A DNA stretch of 64,000 bases from the human T2T-CHM13v2.0 reference genome, Homo sapiens, in assembly GCF_009914755.1 (NCBI RefSeq), contig NC_060930.1. The stretch is one strand, 5' to 3'. Position 1 is the first letter of the stretch. Every line of letters begins with the position of its first letter. This document shows positions 1-16,029 of the stretch, one piece after another. The translations under genes were made by a program, and so were the position numbers. The notes under the pieces were generated by a model that was not told where the DNA came from, did not search any database, and saw nothing but the letters and a program-made list of their open reading frames with translations.

Positions 1-2090
1 GGATATACCCAGTAATGGCATTGCTGGATCAAATGGCCTTTCTGGTTCTAGGTCTTTGAGAAATCGCCACACTGTCTTCCACAATGGTTTAATTAATTTA
101 CATTCCCGCCAACAGTGTAAAAGTGTTCCTATTTATCCACAGCCTCGCCAGCATCTGTTGTTTGTTGACTTTTAATAATCGCCATTCTGACTGGCGTGAA
201 ATGGTACCTCATTGTGGTTTTGGCTTGCATTTCTCTAATGATCAGAGATGTTGAACTTTTTTTCATATGTTTTTTTGCTGCATAAATGTCTTTTGAGAAG
301 TGTCCATGTGCTTTGCCCACTTTTTAATGGGGTTGTTTGTTTTTTTTCCTATATATCTGTTTACATTCCTTATAGATTCTGGATATCAGACCTTTGTTAT
401 GTGGATAGATTGCAAAAATTTTCTCCCATTCTATAGGTTGTCTGTTCACTCTGATGATAGTTTCTTTTGCTATGCAGAAGCTCTTTAATTAGATTCCATT
501 TGTCAATTTTTGCTTTTGTCGAAATTGCTTTTGATGTTTTCATCATGAAATCTTTGCCTGTGCCTATGTCCTGAATGGTATTGCCTAGGTTTTCTTCTTG
601 GGTTTTTGAAGTTTTGGGCTTTACATTTAAGTCTTTAATCCATCTTGAGTTAATTTTTGTATAAGGTATAAGGAAGGGGTCCAGTTTCAATTTTCTGCAC
701 AAGGCTAGCCAGTTTTCCCAGCACCATTTATCAAGTAGGGAATCCTCTCCCCATTGCTTGTTTTTGTCAGGTTTGTTGAAGATCAGATGGTTGTAGATGT
801 GCGGTCTTATTTCTGAGTTCTCTATTCTGTTTCCTTGGTCTATGTATCTGTTTTTACACCAGTCCTATGAAGTTTTGGTTACTGTAGCCTTGTAGTATAG
901 TTTGAAGTTGGGTAGCGCGATGCCCCTAGTTTTGTTCTTTTTTCTTAGGATTGTCTTGGCTATATGGGCTCTTTTTTGGTTTCATATGAATTTTAAAGTT
1001 TTTTTTTCTAATTCTATGAAGAATGTCAATGGTAGTTTAATGGGAATAGTATTGAATCTACAAATTACTTTGGGCAGTATGGCCATTTTCATGATATTGA
1101 TTCTTCCTATCCATGAGCATGGAATGTTTTACCATTTGTTTGTTTCCTCTCTTATTTCCTTGGGCAGTGGTTTGTAGTTCTCCTCGAAGAGGTCCTTCAC
1201 TTCCCTTGTTAGCTGTTTTCCTAGGTATTTTATTCTTTTTGTGGCAATTGTAAATGGGAGTTCATTCATGATTTGGCTCTCAGTTTGTCTATTGTTGCTG
1301 TATAGGAATGCTTGTGATTTTTGCACATTGATTTTATATCCTGAGAGTTTACTGAAGTTGCTTATTAGGTTAAGAAGTTTTTGGGCTGAGACGATGGGGT
1401 TTTCTAGGAATAGGATCATGTCATCTGCAAACAGAGACAGTTTGACTTCCTCTCTTTCTATTTGAATACGCTTTATTTTTTTCTCTTGCCTGATTGCCCT
1501 GGCCAGAACTTCCAATGCTGTGTTGAATAGGAGTGGTGAGAGAGGGCATCCTTGTCTTGTGCCCGTTTTCAAAGGGAATGCTTCCAGCTTTTGCTCATTC
1601 AGTATGATATGGGCTGTGGGTTTGTCATAAATGGCCCTTATTATTTTGAGGTCTGTTCCATCAATACTTAGTTTATTGAGAGTTTTTAACATGAAGGGAT
1701 GTTGAATTTTATTGAAGACCTTTTCTGTATTGAGAAAATCATGTGGTTTTTGTCTTTAGTTCTGTTTATGTGATGAATTATGTTTATTGATTTACATATG
1801 TTGAACCAGCCTCGCATCCACGGATGAAGCCCACTTGATCATGGTGGATAAGCTTTTTGATGTGCTGCTGGATTCGGTTTGCCCAGTATTTTATTGAGGA
1901 TTTTTGCATTGATGTTCATCATGGATATTGACCTGAAGTTTTCTTTTTTTGTTGTATCTCTGCCAGGTTTTGGTATCAGGATGATGCTGGCCTCATAAAA
2001 TGAGTTAGGAAGAAATCCCTTGTTTTCAGTTGTTTGGAGTAGTTTCAGGAGGATGGCTTTTTGAAGGGTTTTTTGTGTGTCTATCTCCTT
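1..2090 (-). mobile_element. 5'-truncated primate L1 (about L1PA7-L1PA10 class), ORF2 region; continues left of the window
   Basis: Minus-strand ORFs 129-320, 397-702 and 1129-1692 translate to L1 ORF2p ([41 protein letters not shown]) broken by frameshifts; probable TSD AAGAGTAATACTTT at 2091-2104 followed by AA. Confidence 0.95.
1129..1692 (-). pseudogene. Disrupted L1 ORF2 reverse transcriptase fragment
   Basis: 187-aa ORF with RT motifs QGCPLSP and FADD; flanking frames are interrupted, so non-functional. Confidence 0.9.
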
Positions 2091-2389
2091 AAGAGTAATA
2101 CTTTAATGGGAACTTTTCTAATAAGTAATTTCAGTATTTGTGAAGTTAGCTAATAGGTGATTTTTGAGTATTTGTTAAGTGTTAACTATGTGTTCTTCTC
2201 GGAGAATCAATGCATACTTTGTGAAGTTGCCTGACACAGTCCTTGCCTCTTTTCCCTGCCCATTAGCACTGTTCTAAGTGCTGCAGTACCTGGCTTTCAA
2301 CGGAATTGCACTTTGTTGAAGGGAGGTGGGCATATTAAGTCCTTGCTTCTTTCTTTGTTCCCTCAAGTTAACGTGGAAGAAGTATCCTT

Positions 2390-2605
2390 TTTTCACATTT
2401 TCTCTGAATCTTATCTCCATGGATCTTCTTAGAAACCTTCTTCTAGAAATTATTTCCTCATTCCATATTTCCAACCTCTCCAACTCCCCTGGAACCTTTT
2501 CATTGGTATTTAAACATACCTGGGTCTAATCGGCCCCCTGTGCCCCTGTTAGCTATTGTCCTACATTTTTTCTTGCCTTCCCAGCCAGACTTTTAAAAAT
2601 TCTTC
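2390..2605 (+). mobile_element. L2 ORF2 fragment
   Basis: Resembles L2 consensus (AACCTCTCC...ATTTAAACAT...AGCTATTGTCC...CAGCCAGACTT). Confidence 0.5.
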
Positions 2606-2639
2606 TCTTCTTAATTTCATTCTTATACTCATTCTTTTT

Positions 2640-5170
<2,531 letters not shown>

Positions 5171-5355
5171 CTGCCTTGGTCAGGGACTTAGTTGTAGTAG
5201 CAATGTGAAGGATGGTTGTGTGTAAGGAAGAGTATAGATCAGGAGTCCAGTGAGGACAGAGTGGTTGTAGTCCAGGTACAGAGGATCTCATCTAAAGTGG
5301 AGGTGTTCAGAATTGGAAGGAATACATTGACTTGAGATGGAAGAATTCTTTACAT

Positions 5356-5700
5356 CAGGGGTCTCCAACCCCTGGGCTGTAGACGTGTACTCGTCTGTGG
5401 CCTGTTAGGAACTGGCTGCACAGCAGGAAGTGAGTGGTAGGCGAGCAAGCATTACTGCCTGAGGTCTGCCTGCTATTAGATCAGCAGCAGCATTAGATTC
5501 TTACAGGAGCACACATCCTATTGTGAACTGTACATGTGAGGGATCTAGGTTGTGCGCTCCTTATAAGAATCTAAACTAATGCTTGGTGACCTGAGGTGGA
5601 ACAGTTTCACCCCAACACCACACCTCCCACCCCCGGTCTGTGGAAAAATTATCTTCCATGAAGCCGGTTCTTGGTGCCAAAAATGTTGGGGGGACCGCTG
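5356..5700 (+). mobile_element. MER1B hAT-Charlie MITE
   Basis: TIRs CAGGGGTCTCCAAC / GTTGGGGGGACCGCTG; 8-bp TSD CTTTACAT/CTTTACAC; ~345 bp. Confidence 0.9.
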
Positions 5701-5844
5701 CTTTACACATTCCACGTTGTCCAAGATGACTCTAAGGTCTCTGGCTAGAATGAAGTGAGGAATTCTAGGAAGGGAGTTATTAAGAGATGACATGTTTTGG
5801 TTTTGAATGTGCTGTATTTGAAGTTACAGATAAATATTTTAATA

Positions 5845-6115
5845 AGATAATGAATATACTTGAGCTTTATTGAGTGTCTTCTATGTGACGGGCAGTGTTC
5901 TAAGTGCTTTAGATGAATTAGATATTATCTAGCTTAATTCTTGCAGCCTATCAATGAGTTGTAGATTCCATTTGTATTCCTGTTTTATAGGTGAAGCAGC
6001 ATCTGTTTTACAGATGAAGGTCTCTAAGGCTGCTGTTCAGTTCATAAATGGTAGAAGTGGGATTTTAACCGAGGCAGTCTGACTAGAGTCTGTGCATTTA
6101 ACCATTTTATTACTG
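5845..6115 (-). mobile_element. MIR
   Basis: TTTATTGAGTG..CTATGTG..CAGTGTTCTAAGTGCTTTA; TTTTACAGATGAAG; GGCAGTCTGACT. Confidence 0.75.
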
Positions 6116-8748
6116 TGCTTCCTAGATAAAGATGTCAAGTAAGTGGTTGCAGAATTGAGGCAGATATCAAAGAGGTCAACACTAGAAACACAAATTTAAT
6201 ATTGTTTGCATAGAGTTGATAGTTGAATGTGATGTCATCCTTAATTCAAAATGGTGGAAGGAACAGAGGAGTTCTTACCGGAGCGATGGCAAGAGGCAAG
6301 GGAAGGGAGGATGGAAGAGGGGAGTTAGGGTCAAGTTTAGGAGCAGAAGAAGGACGAATTAAACTAAGGCAGAGAATGGTATTCACCAGATGCTGTCCGT
6401 TTTCAGAGAATGCTTTTTTTTTTTAATGAGAAGCCTGTGATTGTCTCAAATTATGTATTTTTCTCTGTAGAAAGGTAAACAAGATACAAAGATACTTTAC
6501 TGCTACTGATACCCCCTATGTACTGAACCTAGAGAATATAGTTTCTGTGATTATCAACTTTATAATGTAATTAATGGACATAGTTCTAGAGTATTTCTAA
6601 AAGTTTAAAAACTCAAATATAACTTGTGTCAATGGGTTTTGTTATATATGTGTTATTAATATGGTTCAAAGTAATGAAATGCTGTTTGAATGATTAAGTA
6701 GAAATGGCAAGAAAAGTTTGCCATTTAAACACTACAAAGCTAGTGGTAGCAAGCACAGGTTCCTTTAATGTACTATTCTGCTTGATTGAAAGAAAATTTA
6801 AAAAGATATTATATATGATTAAGTATTTTTAATGGCCTTGAAGACTTTTGATCATCACAACTAATTCTTATTAAGATAACACTTAAACTAACATTTGATT
6901 TCTTTCCAGAATAAATACAATCCTGTAAAAGGTACAATAACAGTTAACATTGGGAAAATATCAGATTGAGGTGACATTTATACATATAAAATCTTTCAGT
7001 GATGGATTACTCTTGTCAAGCATTTTGCTTTATTCAGATATTTTCCCAGTTGTCACCATTGCCTAACACAAAACAGCAAAGATGAGTAGTGTAACATTGT
7101 TAAATGTTAAGTCGTGCTACACATGTGCCTTTTCTCATCCTCCAGCACCATCCTTTCCCTTTGCTGTCCTCTCTTGCATGCGTTTTGGTTTTCCATGAGA
7201 GTGAGGTAAAGCTTAGATTCAAAGAGAGCCTGATAAGATGTTGCTTCTCCTTCTGTTGCACCCAATCCTTTATACCCAAATGTAAAGATTTACAGCAGTG
7301 GGGTGGGACCTGTCTTTTTCTAACCTGGACTCTTTACCCATGATTGCTTCACTTTGCTACTTATTCCTGTGTGTCATCATCTCTCGATCATCTGCTTTTG
7401 TTTTCCTTCCAGTACTTCTTGGTGTTAAATAGTTGTTTTAAATTATGCATCACATCATTTTGTTTCTCTTGAGCCACCACACAAAAGATCACCTTGTTTT
7501 GACAGGAATAAAGAAAGATGACTCTAAGGGATTTACTGTCTTTCATGTGATTAATACAGTCTCAATGATTAAGATCCAGAAATTGTGCATTTGTGACATG
7601 ACAGTTATGGACTGAATTATTTTGTCGTTTGTTTTGGGGCTTAATACTTTTTTCAAGGTTTTACAGTGTTTGTATTATTGATATTCAGACTGATAAAAGA
7701 GTAAGAATTTTAAGTAGCAAAAATAGAGATAAGAGTGACTTTTTGGTTGCCTTTTCACCTTAGAAATCTGAAATGTTATTGCCCTTACTAATTTAGAAAG
7801 AATCGCTAGGAAGCCCCCTGTGTTATGATGGCAGCCTGCTGGATGCATACTAGTTCCTCTTGAGCATTTGTCAGTTGCCCTGGCTTTGTTTTATCCATTA
7901 GACCATTTTGATTTAGACAATATGGCCTTTAACTTGGGGGGGTTCTTGAGTAAATAAAAAAGATCAAAAGTTTCAAAAAATAAAATTTGCTCTTAATGAT
8001 AGTATCAAATCAAAAAACTCCTTTGGTTAATGCTTTATAGAAGTGTGGGATCTTTTCCATGCCACCTACAGGAGGTCATTCAGAGGCTGGTGAAAATAAA
8101 CACATCTTGTGTGTCCTATATAAATGACAGAAAGAATAGCCAGCTTGCTTTGATCATGGACTGTCAACCTCTATTTGACCTTGTGCATTATTAACCCAAA
8201 TGGGCACTGTGGTTTAGCCATACTGATAGTGGATAGACAGGAGTCACTTGTTTTTAACTGCCTTTGCCTGTAGAAATAAATGGTAATGTCGAAGGGATGG
8301 CTTAGGTATCTGAATGTAATTACTTGAAACGACAATTGAAAATAAAGGCAGAACTGGATAAAGACAAAAAATGTGTGTTTGAGACAGAGGATATCTGCTT
8401 TGTATAACATCTTTTCACTATAGGAAAGCACCTTCCATGCTATTCTGTTGAGCAAAACATAAATTATTGGATTGTTATTCCTATTATGAAAATATTGTTT
8501 ATGTAGATTTATTTTTGAGTTCTTTTTCTTCATAAATTGAAGTTGGGGGAGGTACCAGAATATTATTTCAACTTGAACTTGTAAAGTAAATTGCTTTCAA
8601 AAAAGCTGACTTCATAAGAATAGAGAAGTGGTTACCTTTTCAGTTAGTAATTATCCAGTTTAAAAGAATTAAAAAAAACCCTTTCCAGTTCTCTTGTTAA
8701 CCACATTCACTAGTAATTTTCTTTTTTAACTAAACTTCTAAAAGTTAC

Positions 8749-9064
8749 TTTTATTTACTTTTTGAGACCGGGTCTCGTTCTGTTGCTCAGGCCGGAGTGC
8801 AGTAGCACGATCACGGCTTACTGTAGCCTCATCCTCCTGGGCCAAAGCAATTCTACCATCTCAGCCTCATGAGTAGCTGGGACTACAGGCATACACCACC
8901 ACACCCAGCCAATCTGTTATTATTATTATTATTTTTTTTTAGTAGAGAGGGGGTCTTGCTATGTTGTTCAGGCTGGTCTTGAACTCCTGACCTCAATCAA
9001 GTGATCCTCCTGCCTTGGCCTCCCAAAGTGTTGGGGATTACAGGCATGAGCCACCTTGCCTGAC
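8749..9064 (-). mobile_element. AluJ
   Basis: Full diverged dimer; (TTA)n linker; degenerate TSD TTCTAAAAGTTACTTTT/TTCCAAAATTAATTTTT. Confidence 0.9.
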
Positions 9065-9534
9065 TTCCAAAATTAATTTTTAATTAAAAAAATTTTGTCA
9101 TTAGAAGGTAAAAAATCACAGGGTTTTGATTTGGCCTTTTGTGAGAAATAAGTTAGATGATGCAAGTTATTTGAGTTATACTTTAAATAATACTATAGTT
9201 TGTTGATTTTTTGTTAAACTTAGATATTTTAATTTTAACTCTTCTAATTATATGAAATGGCTATAGTTTAGTATCAGTTTCATCTTTTTGTTTAAAATGT
9301 TAGTGGCAGATTCAGTGAATCATTGTGTGCTTTTACCAGTCACAATCTCCTTTTTTCAGCTATCCTTGCCCACCAAAAAGTATCCTTTTACATGGAAAGT
9401 TAGTTCAAAATATTAGACTGAATTAATTAGTATTATTGGTTGGGTATTGTCTAATAAGATTGTCTCCCAACAGTGCTATGCTTAATATGAATTTACATTT
9501 TCCTATCATTTGTCATCTCCTTCCACTGTTTGAA

Positions 9535-10200
9535 TATTGTCTGTATGCTGATTTCTCCCAAATCTTCGTCTTTGATCTGTATATCTCCTTACAGGCTCCA
9601 GCCTTGTATATCCCACTGCTTCCTTGACTTCGCCATTTGGATGACCTTGACCATGGACACCTCAAATCATCATGTCAGGGCCTCCTCCTTATCTACCTCA
9701 CCTTTTCTCTAGCTAGCATTTCCATTAGTATTGCCCATCTTCTTTGATTGTGGTCATCAGGAAATTGCATTATCATTTCTTAGTGTAACAAGGGTTTTTA
9801 AAAAAAATTTGTTCAATGCCTCTCTCTCCTACCTCTTTTCTTGCCACTGGGCTATAGAATTTTACTTCCTCCCTGACATTAGAAAGTTTCCCAAGCACAT
9901 AATGTATTTGCATATGTTCTTCCCTTCCTTGGACTGTCTTCTCTCTTTCCTCCAAATGCATGCCCTCACCTCCACCCACCCCACATTAATCCCACCTGGC
10001 TAAATAGTTGATCTCTGGAACTCATGTCAGAGATAACACCTGTGGGGTCATCGCCCTTCTAAGCTTCACCTCACCTCTTAGCTCCAAGGTCTGTTCCATG
10101 CTAGTTCTTTATCCCATATTAACAATTAACATCTGTTGTTGTGTAGTATATTCTATTATTTGTTTACATATTTGGCTTGCTACTAGATTGTGAGTTTTGA
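9535..10200 (+). mobile_element. L2 (RT remnant to 3' end)
   Basis: ORF 9436-9627 contains LYADFSQIF, a degenerate L2 YADDSQIY; 3'-end motif TACTAGATTGTGAG. Confidence 0.65.
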
Positions 10201-10733
10201 GGTTAGGATACTGACCTCAGAAAAATTCTTTTTATGAAGCCTTTGACGCTCTGACTCTACTGTGTAATGATTTTCCTTGTCCTGGGAAACAGATATCATT
10301 AATAGACAAAGACCATTTGTCAACGGTTGTAAGAATGTTCTCCCAAGGTTGTAGTGAGTCCCTTGACAGATACAGGCTGTGTATTTGTAGAAAGGGAAAA
10401 GGACATTCTAACTTCCTAATTTCTAACTTCTAATATTGTATTCCTGAGGGAAGTTGTAAAAGGAGTATCTCCCTTCTTGGAGTAGTCACCTGGTCATGCT
10501 GGCAGGATCTTGTGCTCCTCACTATCCTAAATGAGCTCCGGGCCAGCTTCAGGGCTGTGGCCATTAGATTAGTTAAAGCATCATGTCTTGAGTGAGAGAG
10601 TAGGAAAGGTGGATAAAAACCTGGTTAGTGTTTGGCCTTGAGTTTGGCACACAATTATAATTACTCAATACATGTTTGTATAATTAGGTTGAACTGGTTT
10701 TTCCTCTTTTTGGGAAAAGGGTTTAGTATCGTT

Positions 10734-10734
10734 A
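10734..10734. other. Site of T2D SNP rs10946398 (A, non-risk allele)
   Basis: GTTTAGTATCGTT[A]TGCTGTCATTGCATC; exact base assigned from the recalled 216-bp spacing to rs7754840. Confidence 0.72.
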
Positions 10735-10949
10735 TGCTGTCATTGCATCAAGTCATCGTTAATATATTTATGTTAAGTACATTGTAAGTTGTATAAGTAA
10801 TATAATTGCATTAATATCAGAACACTTGTCTTACATTTGAGTTTCAAATTGTCCAGATTTGAGAGTGAGCAAAATACACCAGATATACCACCAAAATTGA
10901 AAAAAAAATCAACTGCTTGCTGTTGGGGAAGAAGTAGTAATGTTGGAAA

Positions 10950-10950
10950 G
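10950..10950. other. Site of T2D SNP rs7754840 (G, non-risk allele)
   Basis: GGGGAAGAAGTAGTAATGTTGGAAA[G]GTTGACTTGATAGAGGATTTTGTAA matches recalled context. Confidence 0.82.
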
Positions 10951-12504
10951 GTTGACTTGATAGAGGATTTTGTAAGATGAGTGAAAAAGATCTAAAAGGA
11001 CAGTGATGTCTCTGTTATTGACTGAGGTATCCTTGGTCTCTAGAATAGTGCCTGATGAACAGCATTGAGTTACTTATTCACTGAATTGAATTGAAAGATT
11101 TGATGAAGGCCAAATTTCTCTAAATACATTCTTGTTTATGGATTAGGTCTTATTATCTATCATATGTGAATGAATTCATTTTATTCATCTTATGTCACAG
11201 TTTTGTTTAGTCTATTTTCTGTTGTTGCGAGGATTTTGTAATTTTTTCCTCATGAGTTTGTTTGGAGTTGATAATGGTATTTGAGGAGCAAGTTTTCTAG
11301 AAACATAGATGAAGAGTTTTTTGTAAAGTAGGGGGTGAGAGTTATGTATGTTCAGAGCAGCTTCTGACCATTTCCTATTGGAGGCTTCAAGTTGTCTTCT
11401 AACTCTGGAAAAACATGGAGATGAGTGAGAGGAAAGACAGAATATTATCATGTGATGTATGCCAGTGAGCAGTTTTATTGGAAATACAAAAGAAAGTCTA
11501 TTTTAGTGTTTAATTCCTGGTTTACATAAAAAAAAAACCAAATGAAACTGTAAACTTACAGTTAAAAGATTAGTAAGTTAATTTGCAAATCAGCAACAGA
11601 AAAAGCAGTTCAGAGGTGGTAGGCCATTTTAAAATGCAAAACTGAGTTTTGTAGATATCCAAAATCTTTTTGAAGACTAGTATTTTGCATATTTTATGAT
11701 TAATGTTACATCAACAGTTGCTTTGTTTTTGCCATTTTAAGCAAGAGAGTGAGTGAAAGAGGGCAGTGTATTATGTGCTGGCAACAGCTGGCTGATAGCA
11801 TTGAAATACTTACATAATTAAATGTATGTGTTGGCTGTTGTCCTAACAACTCTGTAGGTGGAGGCTCCAGAAAGCATGCAGAAACTTGCTTTAGCAGGAT
11901 TAAAGAAAAAATCAACATGATCTAAGTCTGTTCTTTCAGCCAAGAGTGATTTCCTATTGTTTTGGTTTGAAAGACATTCTACTTATTCTTGGTGTGTGTG
12001 TTTATATAACAGCAGAGAAAAAAAGGCTCTTGTTTTTTTCTTCCCTTATTGTTTGCTCTAAGAGTGACAAACATAATCTTTCATAATTTTTAGTCAGTAG
12101 TATTGTTTAATAACTGATAATAAGTGAAATAAAAAAGACTTTTTAAACCCATAGGACATGTTACCAAAGTATTAAATATTAACCCTTTTTATTTCTTACT
12201 TATGGTTACACTTAGGTGTCGTTCTCTGGGCCACATTAATGAAGTTATTTAGATTGTAGGCTATATTAAGGCATAGATTGCTATGATCCTGGGAAATTGG
12301 ATAGGAGTGGCAGGTAATATGCAACTTACTTTTACCTAACAGCTGTGGATCTAAATCTTACTCAAAGTGCCCTATGTTTACATATTTTACTGTTTTTGTA
12401 GCTCTAAGGCTGAGGCTGGTCCCTACTGTACCTTTGATGAAAGGATGGCACTTTTGTGGGTGTTAGAGTGCATAGACACAGTGCAGCACCACTGTGTGTG
12501 GCTG

Positions 12505-12641
12505 CCCCATATTAATACCTGTCATTTCTTTATCTGTCTGCACCCATTTTCAGAGTTCCTTAGGGGCAGCCACTATATCTTTTATCTGTATCCCAGCATC
12601 TTATACAGTGATTGACAGTGATAGTTGAACAAATGAATGAA
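12505..12641 (+). mobile_element. L2 3' end
   Basis: TTCCTTAGGGGCAG...TGTATCCCAGCA...TGAATGAA tail. Confidence 0.6.
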
Positions 12642-12784
12642 CCAACTCATATGTATGTTTCCTTTGCATGTTTATCTTTCCCATCCCTTCCACCTTCTGT
12701 GTCTGTCAGATCAAATGTCTTCCACTGGATTTTCATAGAACTTTTTCTGTGTCTCTTTCTTATTAGATTTTAAGAGTTTGAACT

Positions 12785-13275
12785 TGAGGTTATCTGCATG
12801 TCATAGAAAACCTAAAAAGTAGAGGCTTACATGACTTAGGGGATTTATTTTTCGTACATATTGCAAAGTCCACAGTTAGGAAATTGCTGGCTTTGCTTTA
12901 CCAGTTTAAGGGTGTGAGGATTGAAGTCGGTTGTTTTAAAGGTCTTTCCCTTTTGGTGTCAAATGGTTATTGCTCTCTGGCCATCACATGCACTTTCCCC
13001 CACAAAAAAGATGGAAGTACCAAACTGGATGTGCCAGCTGAGTCTGTCCCTTCTTTAAAGGAGCTTTATAGGAAGTCCCGCTCAAAACCCGTGCTTGCAT
13101 CTCATTGTGTGGAGTCATATCACAGGACTACCTCTATTTGTAAGAGAGGCTGGGAAATGTAGTGTTTTTTTTTCTTTTGTTTTTATACTGCACACATTGT
13201 TGCTCCCAACAGAATTGGGATTCTGTTAGTAAGGGAGATGGGGCTAATGTTTATTGGCTTGATATCTCTGCTATA
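12785..13275 (-). mobile_element. MLT1J/K-like MaLR solo LTR
   Basis: GGCTGGGAAATGTAGT, CACATTGTTGCTCCCAACAGAATTGGGATTCTGTTAGTAAGG motifs. Confidence 0.7.
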
Positions 13276-15565
13276 GGGTATAAACTTTGGGACAAGATAC
13301 ACATTTTATTTATCTTTCTATCATTTATCAGGTCCATTGTATTGGAGGAGGTCCTCAACATACTTGTGAACAAATGATCCTCTTTTCTCCTCTTATCTTT
13401 ATTCAGAACATTTAAGAAATGACATAGTTGACATGTAAGAACTTTTCCTCTTTTTGCTTACTCTGAGTGGTCTCTGATGAAGGAATAACAGAATACATAG
13501 GAGAAGTTCATGGCTTAGTTGTTGGACACACGTATTTTTTAAAAAATGGGACTTACATATATTTTCTGCTCTTAAGACCTGCAATGACCATATTTGAAAT
13601 GGAATCTATAAGGAAAATATGTTTTTCATTGTTCTGAGATTCATTTCTGTGATATAATAATCATAAGCCTGATTTAAAACCTAGATATTTTAAAATAATT
13701 TAGACATAAAACAAAAGTGGAGTTTATGATGATTATCATGGAGGGTCTTAACCAATTGGAAAACAGGTTGAAGGACAGTTAAACTCATTTTATAATTAAG
13801 CGTTTAGAAAATAATATTTTGTTTAATTCTAAAAAAATTTAGGTACAGCTGAAAAATACCACCTCTCACTAAGATGGAAATTTAATGTTTTAGATTTCAC
13901 TTGAAAAAAAAATGGAGAATTTGATATAACCAGTGAAAATCTAACCAATGGGAAGAGTCTTACAAAACTTGCTGGAGATTTTTTATAGGTTGGCGCCATT
14001 GGATATTATCAGAGGGATATTAACGCTATCAAATTCTCATTCCAGGATACAACCTACACATTCTGCAGCAGTGTCTTTTTTGTGTTTCTGTACACAGAAA
14101 CTGTCGAGAACTACCCAGATATAATTAGGTTCTCCTGACCCATTCTTTACTGTTTCTTTGTGTGCATGTGTGCTCGCACGCTCAATGTAGATGCATTAAG
14201 AAAGAAACTGACAGAATCACATGATAGAAAGTGTTTTGGGAAAAATACAAATTAAAATGGATGTCAAGGATCTCTTTAACAATATGTTTTAGAAGTCAAC
14301 AGCTCATCCTTTGTGCCAACCAACAATTTGCTTTCCAGCTCATAAATTTCGTTTCCATTACAAGAGGAATCAGATAAGCAAGTTTATGGCAAAACTAAAA
14401 AGTTTAATTTGGTGCTTTCCTTAAGTACCTGTCAGTATTTTATGATAGTTACTGAAGGAAAAGACTTGTTTTACCTCAAATGAGAAAATGGTTTGAGTCA
14501 ACATATTTTGTAGTATTTCAGTCATCCATGGTTGAAACATTGATTAACTCTTTTGATGCTTTTACCATTTTAATTTGATAACAAAGGATTTGATGTCATT
14601 GATCAAGTAAATTTTTTAAAAGGTAATTTTTAAAAATAGGGAATAGAACTGGAGTGTATTCATTGAGCAAATTCTAAGAAACTTTAAAAAATTCTCTTCT
14701 ATCTAGGCTGCAAGCTTTTTCTTACTTGTCATTTCAGATACTTGTATATCGAGAAATTTGCAATATACCAACTTGGTAATCGGTAATGGGTGGCTTGAGG
14801 GGTATACAGCATAATTAGAACTTAAAACTCAGAGTAATCCAGGGCAGATGGTGGCCTGAGTATGTATTTTCGATCCCCTCATTGTCACACTGCCTAAATA
14901 ACTTTGAACAACCGTGGGAGCCTTTGTACCTGGTGTTAGAGGGGAGCACATATGCAGCTGAGACTCTGGGTCTTGGGCAGAAGTTGTGCTGTATAGATGG
15001 GGTTGGGGGAGTGATCTTATCTGTATTCCTTGTGGTGATGGAGAGAAGAGTCCAGGACCTAGAATCTGGAGAGTCTTAGCTCTCCCATAGACCTGGGGCA
15101 GTGTCTTGAAAACTTATCAGACCCAGTAATCCTCTTATATAAAAAGTGTTTTGCAACGTACCCTTTATTATACTGAAGTGAAAATCTTGAATAATATAAT
15201 CTATGCACACACATAATTAACAAATCAATTAGCACAGTGCTCTGAATGTGATTAATATAAGGAAAAAAAGAAAAAATTGTTAATGCAATACGTATTTCAA
15301 AATACAAATGCTTAGGCACAAATATACTAGAAGACCTAATCAAATGGCCTGTATACAGAATTACAGTGACAGTGAGAGTAATGAATGCAGTCTGATATGT
15401 GTGTAGCCTTAACAGCTTAAATGCCAAGAATAGCATTGGTGATCTAGTGATGCACCTTTCCAGAATGGATGATGACTCTTGCTAAAGTTCTTAATGACAC
15501 AAAGTATGTTCTTCCTTCCATTTTCACAGAGGTTGGATTCCTGAAACTGTACAAGAAATACTTAA

Positions 15566-15704
15566 AATAAGTCCTCACTTAATGTCAATGATAAGTTCTT
15601 GGAAACTATAATTGAAACGATGTATAGAGAGATGAGTTTTTTTTTTTCTAAGCAATGTTATAAAGAAACTGTCGAATGAAACAATTTTATTCCAGGAGCT
15701 ACTA
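15566..15704 (-). mobile_element. MER6-family Tigger MITE, internally deleted (both ends retained)
   Basis: TAAGTCCTCACTTAATGTCAATGATAAGTTCTTGGAAACT at one end, MER6 5'-end complement at the other. Confidence 0.7.
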
Positions 15705-16029
15705 TATGTAAAATGGAGATAGGTTCTAAGGAGATATTATAAATATATTTTTTACGTATATGCATGTTAAGTGGGGCTTTCAGAACTCATGCAGGTCGTG
15801 TGGAATTCTCTGTACAGCATAGATCTGTGTAGCGGAAGACATCTAGCACCTCTGACTTCGGCCTGCTTAATGGCAGTTGCACCCCCCCAATTAGTATTAT
15901 ATCCAAAAAGATTTGGATTTAACCACTTACTGATTAAAATTTCTATATGGCCTGAAGCACACAAAACAAGATAAAAGAAAAACAGGAGAATATGGATGTG
16001 AAGGTATATATGACATTATGTTTATAAGT

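Larger units (their letters stand above)
5195..6235 (-). mobile_element. L2 fragment interrupted by MER1B and MIR
   Basis: L2-like purine-rich motifs (GTAGTCCAGG, AAGATGACTCTAAGGTCTCTGGCT, AGATGTCAAGTAAG) on both sides of the inserts. Confidence 0.55.

Noticed and set aside
6471-6474. Possible micro-exon TTCTCTGTAG|AAAG|GTAAAC
   Set aside because: 4 nt, frameshifting; such patterns arise by chance in long introns
11050-11090. C/D-box-like motifs (TGATGA ... CTGA)
   Set aside because: Only ~30 nt apart with no terminal stem; too short for a snoRNA
15770-15930. Possible MER20-like hAT fragment
   Set aside because: Similarity too weak to call by eye
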